NCBI GenBank assembly: GCA_035084275.1
Contig: CM068757.1
Coordinates: 5,704,001-5,768,000 of the forward strand
Length of the DNA: 64,000 bases
Reading direction: 5' to 3'
DNA from: Hydrolagus colliei
Lineage: Eukaryota
The notes beneath the pieces were generated by a model. It was given only the letters and a program-made list of their open reading frames with translations, was not told where the DNA came from and did no database searches. Made by a program: the position numbers and the translations under genes. This document shows, piece by piece, positions 36,721 to 49,040 of this stretch (its first letter is position 1; each line of letters opens with the position of its first letter).

Positions 36721-37551
36721 CGTCTCAAGTTGGGAGATGTTCACAGACTCTAATGCACAAGTCAACGGGAAGAACTGATGCTCACAAAGTCTTGTTACAT
36801 TTGCATTTACCATGTACATTGCACTCATGACAGAGATTTGCATTTGTGCCCTCATCATTCTATGAGCAACATGCCTGTCAATTAAACATTTCAGCAACTT
36901 TCCACACACAAGTCTATTCTTATCATGTTCCTTGGGCGAGAAGCATTATAAACACTATAACAAGGTGTGTCTCATTGCACAACAGGTTTTAGATATATCA
37001 CAACAAACATTCAGGCTTAGTCCACGTAGCATCAGCGAGAGCATAATAAGAGGGTATGTGCAATACAACAAGAAGTCTTTTGTCTATTAACATATACAGA
37101 TGATTTTTCTGTGAATCCTGTTTTTTTCTGAGTGTGTTGGACAACATTTTAATGCACTGCTTTCACAAATAACTGCAATAAGAAGAGTGATGATTTGCTA
37201 AAAAAAAAAGACCTTCTACTTCATAATTTTAAACCCCTTCACCAGCTCACGTTTATGTATGAGCACTTAAAGACGTAAACTGAGCTTCGAGATCGTACTC
37301 TTGAATATTGATGGCAAGTTTCACTGATCTGATATAATGTTTGATGTGGTTCAGTTATAATTCCATCAATGCTACACACACAAAAATAACACTCAAAATA
37401 TAACATAACATAGCACATTTATTTATGACTGCTGCAAATTACAGATTTAGTTAAGTGGACTTTATGTCAAAAGAACACAAAATGAGATTGTGCAATCCAG
37501 CAGCTTCACATATAAGGTATCCATTTATATATGTATCAAGATATAAAGCTG

Positions 37552-38112
37552 CATAATTATAATCCTTGCATATGATCTAGCGCCTCATCAGGGCACAAAG
37601 TCTCAAACCAGTTTCACAGAGTTTTCCGGTAAAATGCAGCGACTATGTATTTGTTGGCAATTGAAGCAGTCAATTTGTGCAAAGCAATTTTCCGCAAACA
37701 TCCAGGAGGCGGATAACAATTTAACTGCCATATGTTTCAATGGAATGATTGGACATCTAAAGTGTTTTGGGGCCAGGTCACTGGGAGAAACTTCTTTCTC
37801 TTTTTGAATATAATTACAATTTATGTTGGCATGGCTCCTTTTACTTCGGGAACTATTTTCACAGTTGACTGGAAGCTCAAGCTAGGAGGAAGGGTGGCTG
37901 AATAGTGTAACAGATTCTTTAATATTCACCTAAACAGACAAGTAGGAATTCATTTTAATGTCTTGTCCGAAAGAGCGCATTCTGACAATCCAGGCATCCC
38001 CCAGCAATCCACTGGAATGTCAGCTTAGGTCTGAGCTCAGTCGCAAAGTGGGATTTGAACCCACAACTTGTGACTCAGAGGTGTGAGTGCTGCCAACTGA
38101 GCCAGCCTGACA
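37552..38112 (-). mobile_element. Family B Deu-SINE, near full length
   Basis: Tail AATCCTTGCAT, Deu core GGCCAGGTCACTGGGAGAAAC and head GGGATTTGAACCCACAACTTGTGACTCAGAGGTGTGAGTGCTGCCAACTGAGCCA. Confidence 0.8.
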
Positions 38113-38337
38113 TCTAAAACCAGCGTTAAATCTTCAAAATACTTGGCACTTTTCCACGCAGCTTGGCTTTCCATGTCTTGTACAATACTTTGTAACATAC
38201 TTTATCAGGTCATATAACTTGCACGACTGCTCCCATTCTATATGCCAAACAAGAATGAAAATTATTCAGACAGCTCACAACAACAACAATAAATTGCATC
38301 CATTATAATTCCATCAGTGCTACACACTCAAGTGCAC

Positions 38338-38593
38338 AGTCCTGTAGCTCAGCGGTTAGAGCACTCGCCTTACAAGCGAGAGACCTGGATTCAATTCCAG
38401 GCAGGGTGAAACCTTTGACAAGCTTCTTCCTCCACACCCTAATAATAATCCCTCAACAAAAATAATAAATCTGTCATTTTCAATCCATGACTGTTTGTGG
38501 GACACTGCGGTGTGCAATTGGCTATTGTGTGCAATGAGACATGTAGAATACGTTAAAAGCAATATCAAATGTAAGGATAATTATTATTATTAT
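38338..38593 (+). mobile_element. SINE family A, short form with internal 3' deletion
   Basis: Well-preserved tRNA-like head AGTCCTGTAGCTCAGCGGTTAGAGCACTCGCCTTACAAGCGAGAGACC, followed by the SINE body and an (ATT)n tail. Confidence 0.9.
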
Positions 38594-39202
38594 CCACAGA
38601 GTACCGATGACATCCCAAAGTACTGGACATTGAAGGCTTTGTGCTCAAACTGGAAATAAATGATTATGAATTTATTAATTTAAAATAATTGAAAAGCACT
38701 CTGCTGAACCTCAAATACAGGTTCACGAGATTGAAAATGCAGAACAAACCCCCAAAAACTTTTTGCTGCTAAGGTGCTAATTCTACGCTTGTTCCAATTT
38801 TGTTATTTGCCGTGAATTGGAGGTACAGGTAGTCCGAGATATAAATTCAATGTCAGGGAGACCGACCTGGCAGATGTAAACCGAATATTTAAGTAACACA
38901 CTCTGGCCAGTGAATCGAGAAGCAAGCTGACAGCGCTTGGCTGTAGCAGTTGTGTCTGGTGACAGGTAGTGAACAGCTACATTTCCTGTATTTTTCAATG
39001 GCACTGAGCCACGTGTCCCATTGTTTGGGGCTTGGTGAAGCCTCGGGAGATAGCTTTTTTGCCATATGTTGTTGCGACTGCAGAAGACTAAAGTTACAGT
39101 GGATAAAACGTAGATCTGTCATGAAAGCACGATACAAAACTCTCATAGAGAGATACAAGAGATCAGTGAGAGGCAAACAAATGTGTTTTACAACGTTCGT
39201 AC

Positions 39203-39305
39203 AATAATCCTAGCATTTGATACGGTGCTTTTCACGTCTTTGAGACGTCTCATTGCGCATCACAGAATAAACTGTAAAGTGAATTGACTGTTTATTTTGT
39301 AGGCA
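39203..39305 (-). mobile_element. SINE A 3' tail fragment
   Basis: AATAATCCTAGCATTTGATACGGTGCTTTTCACGTC...CTGTAAAGTGAATTGACTG. Confidence 0.8.
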
Positions 39306-39416
39306 TATTACACATGTCCAGAGTACGCAGAGAATAAAGAGCAACGTGACTGTATACTTTAGATGCATAATATTTCCATTGAAACAGAAAGTACAAGTAG
39401 GGAAAAATACTCGCCA

Positions 39417-39835
39417 GTGTGTTAGCTTGGTCCAGCTGGTAGCACTCTTGACTCCAAACCAGAATGCTTCAGAGTTCAACTTCCATGTTGGAACTCAAGT
39501 TCCTATTGTAAGTTGGCAACTCACCACATCAGGGGAGCGGCGATGCAGTGTCAGAGGTGAGATATTAAACCCGAGGACCCGTCTGTCTGTTCTACCATTT
39601 GTTGAAGATCGGGTGACACTGTTAAAAAAGTGGACGGAAGTTTCTCTCGGCTGTCCCAGTCAATAATCTCCCTCTAATAGGTCACCTGGTTAATGGCGGT
39701 TCGTGTGACTTTGCAGTGTGTAAATGCACACTATGTTTGTCAATGAGAACGATCACCTCAATCGACAAGAATTAACCGTGAAACATTTTGCGATGTGTCG
39801 CCAAGACCAGGTGTGTGCATTAAAATTTGTTCTTC
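39417..39835 (+). mobile_element. Family B Deu-SINE
   Basis: Head CAGCTGGTAGCACTCTTGACTCC and Deu core GAGATATTAAACCCGAGGACCCGTCTG. Confidence 0.7.
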
Positions 39836-40779
39836 ACAAGATGATTAAATGCAGGTCTGCTATACTCAGTGGAAAGGAGAGCCAAGGCTCTCTGATTGCA
39901 CAGACTCTCAACTAAGCATTGCACAGTTTACATCTAACAGCGTAAAAGCAATGAATTTCAATCCCACAAATGCTTGTGGTTATCTTCCATTTTCAACAGC
40001 TGATCTGAAAGGTGTGTGAAAATTCCGCCCCCCCCACCCCCCTCAACCGGTCACTAGGTCATCCCTATTTTGTTAAGGATGTTGCATTTCATTTTCTTGT
40101 CAGAAGTCATTTACTTAATAAGAATTCTTGTTGATATATTACATTTTCATTGATCCACCGTTCATTTCAGTCGGGTCTATATAAATTTGAAAAACAATAA
40201 ATTATTCGCCTCTGTCCACTCGTTCTGTAAAGCGGTCAGTTAAATTACTGTGAAATACATTTAGTGACTGTTGCAATGAAAGTCTTCATCACAAACACAA
40301 TGATAGATGAACCAGAGGCGATGGGAGCAGCGCAGTAATGAATGCTTTCACAGTTCATTATATTGCAGAGTGACAAAGGTCTGTCTGACTGCATTTGGGA
40401 AATGACAAGCCTGTCCTTTTCAGGGCTTAAAATCAGAGCTCTGGGATTTTCTCAAATTCCCGAGGGCAGTGATGGAACAGTTACAGCCAGCAGCTGCTGT
40501 TTAGATTTCTCCGTCGAGAAAGTACATTCCTCACAGCACAGACGTAACAAGTGAAGACATTACAAGCACACAGCCCGAAGGTAAAGAAGGACCACAGGAT
40601 ATAGCGAGGAGCAAGTGGCAAACTAGCCTAGCTTATACTCTACAGTGACTACTATTGGGTAGAAAAATCACAGGTTCCCCGCCAGTCACGCATCTTGAAA
40701 AAATAGAAAGGCTGATTAAACAGAGGCATGATCAACAGAGCGAAAAATAATCGTGTTAAAATACTTAACATAAAAGCGA

Positions 40780-40882
40780 GATGCAGGGTTGGGGGAAAGT
40801 TTGAGATTTGGAGTTGAGCCATGATCTATTAGAACGGTCGGAACTGGCTTGAGGGGCTGAATGGCTCACTCCGGTTCCTATG
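40780..40882 (+). mobile_element. CR1 3' terminal fragment
   Basis: GCCATGATCTATTAGAACGG...GGCTTGAGGGGCTGAATGGCTCACTCCGGTTCCTATG belongs to the same family as 9284-9360(-). Confidence 0.85.
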
Positions 40883-41414
40883 AAGATCAGATAAATACTT
40901 GATTTACAACAGAATTTTTGCAAGGTAAAGAAAACGGTGTTGGTTTTACCTTTGACTTAAATAGTTAACTCAGTGCCGAGACAGATTTCTACTGGGATTG
41001 ACACAGTACAGAAGGTTTTGATAAGATCACCATTTTTCAGTACACTTGATAGACAATGTAATAAAAGCTCTCATGAAGTGAGCCTGAGTTTTAAAGGCAC
41101 CCTGTGGAAATTAAGGCTTGTTGCACACTTAGTTAGAAAAGTTTTATGTTGTAAACACCAGAAGACAGACATTGATGGAAGTTCCCGGTAATGATCATTC
41201 CCGGGGAACAAGATAAATGGCATGAGACCACATGAAATTTGGAAAAGAGTTCAATAAAACTTCAAGGTATTTAGCATATTTTTTTTAAAAAGAGACACGG
41301 AACAGCTGAGTGTTTGCCTCAATTTAGTCTGGTTTTGTTCTGACCTTTCCACTTGTTTTAATTTCTGGATTGTGTGATACGCAGTTTGACTTTAGAGCTG
41401 TGAAAATCTTCAAA

Positions 41415-41750
41415 TGGGTGATTAGCACACTCACCTGGCAAGCAAGAGGACCCAGGTTCGATTCCTGGCCATAGCAGAATGGGAAGCAAGTTTCCTCACT
41501 CCCCACACCTTTGTTTACCTAGGAGTAAGTAGGAACCTGGTCGTTGGTTGATTGGTAGATCATTTTTCGGGGGTAATAATCCCTCCCTCAAAAAATTTGG
41601 CGACATTCCACAGCTGTTTGTGGGACACTGCTGTGGGCAATTGGCTGCCATGTTTTGACCACAGAATACAGGCAAAACACTTTGCAATGAATTCTTTGAA
41701 GTGCTTTGAGACATCTCAACGACCTAATAAGATGCTATATCAAATGCAAC
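41415..41750 (+). mobile_element. SINE family A, long form
   Basis: B-box GGTTCGATTCC, central module TGTTTACCTAGGAGTAAGTAGGAACC and tail GCTATATCAAATGCAA. Confidence 0.88.
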
Positions 41751-42789
41751 AACAATAACAACAACAAAATTGTATTTGTAAAATGCCTTTCACATCAGAA
41801 GGATGTCCCAAATGCGAGGAATATTAGTATTATTATTATTATTTCACAAGGCAATGTATAAAATTTCACCTGCAGCAGGTAACACACAGCACACCACTAC
41901 TCTGATTGTGAATTAGCTTTTGGCACAGGAGGCTTTGTGATACATGGGGTGCTGCTTTGCAGTCCATAATGGGAGTGAAATCTCAGGATGATAGCATCCC
42001 AATCCGGGCAAGATCTGGCAGCACTCTCCTGAGATGGCCGGCTGCCAAGCTGAGGGCACCCGTGGGTTACAAATTATGTGGCCTTGCCCTGAACCGCCGT
42101 AAACTTTAACAGACCTTGTGGAGGTTAACCAGGCTGCTCCCTGTACCTGATGTGCTGTGACGAGCAGCACTGATTTGTGGATGGCTGCAGACAAACAGCA
42201 GCAGAGACACAACAGTTACATACACAACGCAAAAAAAACTCCAACTCCTGCAAAATGGCCCGTTGAGTAAAATGATCTCAAACTGGCCTTTTTTTGGAGC
42301 TACGGAGCTCCTCTTACAAATAAGTGAGTGATCAGGCATCACATAATGAACCATCACACGTCAGCCCTGTTAGGATCTTAGCAGAGCTGTTGCTCTTATG
42401 CTATGGTGAGGTGCATCGGGCTGTGTGTGCATTTTCGTTCGCTTCGTTGTTTTCATTGCACTTTTTTTCCCTGAAAAGTTCACTATTTGTGGGCAGCGAG
42501 AATTGTGCATCTAATTGTTTTTTATTTTTAAGAAATATTTTTCGACACGAAAGTGCCCCGTTGTTAAATCAATTTGCATTTCACAGGGATCTTTCCAACA
42601 GGCTCCCAGAAAAGAATCAAACGTCAAATCCGTTGCTGAACAACAGCCCGCCACAGGAAAACACAAGCCTATTTTACAGGCAATCCAAACAGTTGTTCAA
42701 AACCAATGTGAACTAATGCCCTTTAACTATTCTCAAATTAGGGAAGTAAGAGAACATTTGCATTCAACAACCAAGAGATAGAATTGTCA

Positions 42790-42816
42790 ACACACACACA
42801 CACACACACACACACA
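42790..42816. repeat. (CA)n microsatellite
   Basis: Direct reading. Confidence 0.95.
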
Positions 42817-43321
42817 GTCCATATGTTTCTACATATTCCTCTATGCACACATATGCAGGATGTCAAATGTCCTCCTTTGGAACTGACATCAATTATGTTA
42901 TGTATCAGAGGAGATGTCACATGTACTTTCATTTGTTCCTTCAATTGAGTTCTATTATAATAAGTAGGGCAAGTGAAGGTCAACTGACTGGTAGTGTCTC
43001 AAAAAGCAATTGGTTTTTATGACACATTCCCACACACGCTTGCGGGAACAAAGACGAGAAGCTTGATAGGGCAGTAAAGTTGTTTAACTCCCCCAGGCAG
43101 AACGATGTTTGCATGCATCCGCCTGCTTTCTCTGTATTCAACCGAACCAACACCAACAACTCAATGTATCTATCTCTTCCCAGAAAAGGACAACAAATTC
43201 AGAAGTAACAAGGACCAAATATTTACCCAGTAGAACACAAAGACACTGGTGATCAAGATTCAGTTTACATCTCTCAGGTCCTATATTATATGTCCGGGAT
43301 CCACCTGCGTTGCCCTAATCA

Positions 43322-43612
43322 GATAGCACAGTGGTTAGAGCATTCGCCTTACAAGTGAGAGAACTTGGTTCAATTCCAGGCATGGTGAAATCTTGGGTAA
43401 GTTTCCTTACTCCACACACCTAATAACAATCCCTCAAAAAAAGCAATAATAAATTGGTCATTTCAATCCATGACCGTTTGTGGGAAGCTGCTGTGTGAAA
43501 TTGGCTGCCATGTTTCACTCACATACATACAATCCATTCACTTTACAGTATATTCTGTGAAGCGCTCTGAGATCTCTCTAGAAGAGGATTATTAGTAGTA
43601 TTATTGCTATTA
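43322..43612 (+). mobile_element. SINE family A, short form
   Basis: TAGCACAGTGGTTAGAGCATTCGCCTTACAAGTGAGAG...CTCCACACACCTAATAACAATCCCTC, then the tail. Confidence 0.9.
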
Positions 43613-43767
43613 TTTCTGTGTTTATTTGTAATTTCTAAGAATTGCTCAGAAGCTTTAACGGATGGTCACCTGGTTACAGCATCAAGTGCTGTTTGTTTGC
43701 CTCACATTTAAGAAAGGTGGCACTGTGCTTTTTCACAAGTACAAATGTATTTTGTTGTTGTTGTCAG

Positions 43768-44008
43768 ATGTTAGCCTGTCTCAGCTTGATAGCACTCTTG
43801 CCTGAGTCAAAATGTTGTGGATTCAAGCTCCACACCTTAAGCCGGTCTTCCAATGCAGTGCTTGGGGAGAGCACCCTCGGAGGTGTTGTCTGTTGTACGA
43901 GATGTTAAACCGAGGTCCCATTCTTCCTGTTCAGGTGGACATTAGAGATCCCACGGCACTTTTTGAAAGAGAAGGGAGTTTCACCAAGTCTCATAGTCCT
44001 GGCATTTG
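43768..44008 (+). mobile_element. Family B Deu-SINE, 3'-truncated
   Basis: Head CAGCTTGATAGCACTCTTGCCTGAGTC and a clear Deu core GAGATGTTAAACCGAGGTCCC...CAGGTGGACATTAGAGATCCCACGGCAC. Confidence 0.85.
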
Positions 44009-44784
44009 ATAAAATAACTGTGACGTCAAACTTTCTCGAAGCGAATGTCAAATAATCTCAACAGGGGATTGTGAGGGGAAAGTGTAGTGATCATGTAGTC
44101 AGACGCAACGGTGAAAAAATAATTGTAGGAAGAAGAATATAAAAATTAGACAGAGTGGTTTGGAGGAGGTCAGGCTTGCGATTTGAAAGGTTTCAGATAG
44201 TGGGAAGGAAAGAAAGCCGAAGAACATACGTATCGCCAGGGTGCTTTCATGACATGGCCACAATGGACAAGACAATGTTCACTGTGAATTAATAATCCAG
44301 GATAGTATTTGTTGAACCTACTCTGAATTGTTACCAGTTTAAAAACCAACAATAATGGAGTCTAATTGTTGGTCCCTGGATCGGAACAAGCGGAAATGCT
44401 GTCGGAAGCTTGAGACAGTAATGGGAAGGTACCCCGTGCATTCACCAGCGACTGACAAGACAGGCTTGCCAAGTCATGACCTTTATAAGCCAATTAAATG
44501 GATGGCTGTCTTCCTACTGAAAGTCTTCATTAACAAGGCTTAAAGAGCGACACCTTCACATCACCACTAATGTCTTCTTTGATAAAACAGGCGGAATCCT
44601 AAACCCATTATAGGTCTAAGTGCTGCTTTTTATGTCTAAATAGACCAGCGTTTGCTGCCTCTGCTGATCACCATTTCAGTGAATGAATCTCTAAAGCTGT
44701 TAATCTGTAGTCTGGAGCAACAACCTTTTCTGTTAATAGGTTAGTCTTGTATTTTTGCATCACACAGAACGCCAGAGAGGTTGC

Positions 44785-44965
44785 AATTGGAACGCTGGGC
44801 ACAGTTTCATCTTCAAAAGTATGTTGACACATTGGACTGGTAGTGGGCTTCAGAAAGGAGCGACCGGAGTGATTTCAGCACTTAGAGGTTGAAGTTCTGA
44901 GGAAGGCTTCAGCTGGAGCTGATTTACGTTAATTTGGAAGAAGAAGGTTAAGTGGGAGGGGAGCA
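44785..44965 (+). mobile_element. CR1 ORF2 fragment (old)
   Basis: CAGAAAGGAGCGACCGGAGTGATTTCAGCACTTAGAGGTTGAAGTTCTGAGGAAGG is a decayed QRRATRMI..LRGLSYEERL motif; AGAAGAAGGTTAAGTGG resembles RRRLRG. Confidence 0.65.
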
Positions 44966-46124
44966 AGATCCAGCTCTTTTAACATGATGAGAAGTGAGGT
45001 AATGTGCGTGGAGAAGTTGCTGACTTAGACAAGAAAGCAGACGAAAGCATGGCCTGAAGCCTGAGAAATCATTATCATTGCATGCTTTCCTATATCATTC
45101 CATTGCCTGATATGGGAAACAAAATGAAAAGTTAAGTAAAGCAAAATCATTCAACAATGTAGAGCTGCTCCCATGCAATGTATGGTACGCAAATGCTGAC
45201 AATTTGCTCCCGATTTATTATCGTGTGGATTGCGCATATCAGCTTGTCTCAGTATTTATGAGCTGTAACCTGTGTGCATTGTATCAACATAATGGCAAAG
45301 GAGACGGTTACTGAGAGCAGAAACAACAGTATTAATGATGAAATGCTGTATTAATAAATCAACATTAGAAAATCATTGACATTGAATCATTGAAAATGAC
45401 TGCGCCTGCGCAAATACTGTTTCTGCTCTGCTTTCATGCGGTGCAAATGGGGTGTGTCGTGGTTCACAGTGAGTCCAAAAGAGGGTGGAGATAGTTAACA
45501 ACCCTTGAGTTCAATATACAAGCTTCTCACGTCATCGAGATTTTACAATAAGGGCTCACAGGATATCTATGAAGTGAAGGTACTGTGTTTTGTGAGTTGG
45601 ATCCAATCTGCAGAATTTCTTAATGGAAAAGTCACTTGAATTCCTGGTGATCCACTGGAATTGCGGGTCATTTGAATGATGTTGATTTCTTCTTAAGAAA
45701 TCCTCATTAGAATGATTACAATTGGACCAAAATGAAAGCATTTATATATTAAAAAATACACAAGATTTTCAATGACTTGAAGGCCAACTTTCCAGCCGCT
45801 TAGTATCATAAATGCAGGAAATCCTTGAGGTGTTTGTGAGTGTCAAAGCGTGGGAAAGCTTGATGAGGTATCACTCCAAGCAGTGATAACAATCAGTTGC
45901 CTGTTTTAGCTATTAATCTGAAACTTTTCCTTATTTCAAGAACACAAAGGTTGACAGCTTAAATTGCTCATAGCCGTGTATGAATAATATTTAAATACTG
46001 ACAAAAGGAAATTGGAGACATGACAAATGACAGCCCAAATCTCTGTGAGGGATCAGGATCAGTTGACTTCTCAAACACTCTTAACCGTACTTCAATCAAG
46101 TGAGTTGCCTTAGCTCCAGGTACG

Positions 46125-46565
46125 TGTGTCAGCCTTGCTCAGGTGGTACCCCTCTCACCTCCGAGATAGTGAGTTGTGGGTTCAAGTCCCATGTCAGGGC
46201 TTTAAACTCATTTGGTCTAGGTAGCTGCTGTAATCCAGTGCTGGGGGTGTACTGCATTGTTGGAGCCCCATCTATCTTTCAGATGAAATATTCCATCAAG
46301 GTCCCATTTTCTGTTTACGTGGATGTTAAAGATCCCATGGCACGCATCAAAAAGAGGAGGGAGTTTCCCCTCAATATCCTGTCCAACGATCGCCCGGATA
46401 AAATTGATCATTCACTTCGTGGTGGTTTGTGGAAATTGACTGCTGTGTTTGTTTTCCTTAAAGTCACACAGTCGCAATACTTTACAGTCAACCCTGTGAA
46501 GCACTTTGAGAGGCGTCCTTCCAAAATAGAAGGTACTATATTAAATGTAAGGATAATTTCTTGAT
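46125..46565 (+). mobile_element. Family B Deu-SINE, near full length
   Basis: Head TGTCAGCCTTGCTCAGGTGGTA...TTGTGGGTTCAAGTCCC, Deu core GTGGATGTTAAAGATCCCATGGCAC and tail AAATGTAAGGATAATT. Confidence 0.85.
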
Positions 46566-47559
46566 TCTTATTATTTTTACTTGTGGAAATAAGATCATGC
46601 AACTGTATCCTAACTTCCCATCAGAGGCTGAGACTCAGCGGTAAGGCCCAACTACACCTTAGGATCCTGCGTCATACCAAAAACAGATGCAGTCATTCAT
46701 ATGAATAATTACTTGAAATCACCTTACACCACCAGAGTGGCCTGGTTTCAATCTCTGGGATTTTTCCCCCCCATCTATTTTGAAAAATAAACGAGGAAGG
46801 ATACTATATTATTTTATTCTCCAGTGAATTGCGTGGCACTTTGGCACATTTTACATCCATCACTGTCATGGCCTCCCATTAATAAATGTGGCCCAAGGGC
46901 TACTCCCACTTAAGATTTTATTTTCTCTCTGGCATAGAGAGAAATCACCCCCAATAGCTCTGCCTTCCTCTTCGCAGCCCTCAGCCCACAACAATATGAT
47001 TAATCGGCAGATTAGTTGAGCAATCACGTACACTTTTATGTTGTTTCCACAATTAGCGTGATGTTTGATGTTTCAGTCCCATCCAAGTTCAATTTCAGGT
47101 ATTTAAGCTTGACAGACTACACACCGGATATGTAGTTAGCTAACCAGAGGCAAAACGCACAATCTGTTCATCAGGAAAGCACAGCTAGTGGCGTTGAAAG
47201 AATTCTGCGAGCATTTTCTCTGAGAACGAACAGATGGCCCAGTCCTGTCCCAGTGTTGATTTGGGTGACCGCAGTCACAGCAGCTGATTAGCTCTACAGG
47301 TATTTTTCAGACATCCAAAGTGCCACATAAATCAGGAACGCTCAACAGGAACGGACGGGAACAGTGCCCAGCCCCAGTGATTCCTTCCGCCTTTCTAGTT
47401 TGACACTTCAAAATTGTTAAGAGATGATCCGAGTCCTGAGGTTTATCAAGAGCTTTTTCCTGTGACCATGGATTCTAAAACTGATGCAACATTTCATTTG
47501 TCCAATAGATTTCATCTTGTTCTCTGCCCCGTTTTGTCCTGTGACAATTGCTGCAACAG

Positions 47560-47842
47560 TTCAAAATGATCAGTGACCCAAACGAAATAGAGTGTCTCAC
47601 AGCAACGTCCTACAAACAGCTGTGAGTTGAATAACCAATTTTATCTGGGGCACTGTTGACGAGGACATTGGTAGAAACTCCCTTCTCTTTTTGAATTCTT
47701 CCATAAGACCTTTAACAACAGTATATTCTGTGAAGAGCTTTGAGACGCCTAGAAGACATGAAAAATGCTATATCAAATGCAAGGATTATTATTATATAGG
47801 TAGAGTGCCTTTCACATCAAGAGGACATCCCAAAGCGCTGGG
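47560..47842. mobile_element. Cluster: Deu-SINE fragment (-), SINE A tail (+), L2-type tail (-)
   Basis: 47560-47718 is a Deu fragment on the minus strand. 47719-47793 reads CAGTATATTCTGTGAAG...AAATGCAAGGATTATT. 47800-47842 reads GTGCCTTTCACATCAAGAGGACATCCCAAAGCGCTG. Confidence 0.7.
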
Positions 47843-48789
47843 ATAGCACCCGTGGACAGGACACAGTTTATGTCCAAAGGATTGCACTAGTGTCAATCTA
47901 GACTGTGAGCTCAAAGTCTTGATTAGGATTTCAACCCTTCTCCAAAGAAACATTCTAAAACTAAAGCAACAGTAAGTCCATAGGCTTTGCAAAGCACCCT
48001 CTGACCCACGATCAATCTCCAAACTGCATGGTTCTTACAGAGATGGATCAATGCTGTTACCAAACCATTTAGTTTTGCCTTGGACCGACACTGTGCACAG
48101 CTGCCTGTTACCTAACACGCTGTCAGTGAGATTCAGTACACAGGGAGATATCTATACCAAGACCCAGGCCACTAAGAGGAGAGTTGTGGAAAGCAAGTCA
48201 TTTAAACAGTGCATACCGAGAACTTGCCTGAAATTGAGCAACATCTGAAAATAAAGCCTCATATTCTTTTAAAACAGCAGTAAAAGTACCAGCTGGAAGG
48301 CAAATGCTCAGATACTCTCAAGCAAATCACCATCAAGAGGCCAGCGTTCAAAGACAATCACTGGATCGACAGCAACGCAGGCGGAATTGAGCAACAATTA
48401 CACTTTACACTACTCACTGGCAAGATTTAGGGCAGAGAGCCTTTCTGAGGAGGCAAAAAGCTATGGTGAACCGAATGCCATTGGTTTAAGATTCATTGGC
48501 AAATGAATCTGCTGCACATTGTTCCGATATCTCAACCAAGGACAGTCTTGAAAGAAACGTGAATAATTCGCAGTCACCCTGTAATCTGTTCCCAGTTTCA
48601 CAATTGTATTTGCTTGTCAGTAAACTGAGTTAATTAGGATTTCTAATTTGGGAGTAACAATGAAAATTGCTACACTAAATATCTTAAGTGTTCTCATAAT
48701 AACTTTAAATACTGTCAGTGGAAAGCCTTCAAATAGTAGAAATATTGGCAGGTACATAACGTGAGAACGCTATGTCATCAGTGACAAAA

Positions 48790-49040
48790 ATAATAATAAT
48801 CCTTGCATTTGATATAGTGCCTTACAAAGTCATTCAGACATCTCAAAGCTCTTTGCAGGATATACTGCAATGTACAGTGACTGCTTGTTTTTGTGGGTAA
48901 AATGTGACAGACAGTTGCACACTGCAATGTCCCACAAACAACCTTGGAGTATTTTATTTGGGGATTTTGTTCAGCAGGACGCCGGGAGAAACTTCTTCCT
49001 CTTTTACCAGTAATGCCACGGGATCTTTAACATCCTCCCG
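48790..49040 (-). mobile_element. Family B Deu-SINE 3' half
   Basis: TAATAATCCTTGCATTTGAT...CAATGTCCCACAAACA...TGCCACGGGATCTTTAACATCC. Confidence 0.8.

Noticed and set aside
38338-38410. Apparent tRNA-Val(TAC) gene
   Set aside because: The acceptor and T stems are imperfect and the sequence runs straight into a SINE body repeated many times in the window. It is a SINE head.
46100-46564. 154-aa ORF
   Set aside because: It lies almost entirely within a Deu-SINE, so it is a chance ORF.
47843-47862. REST/NRSE-like AGCACC-CGT-GGACAG
   Set aside because: The spacer is 3 nt rather than the canonical 2 nt, the flanks match poorly, and it is adjacent to a repeat tail.
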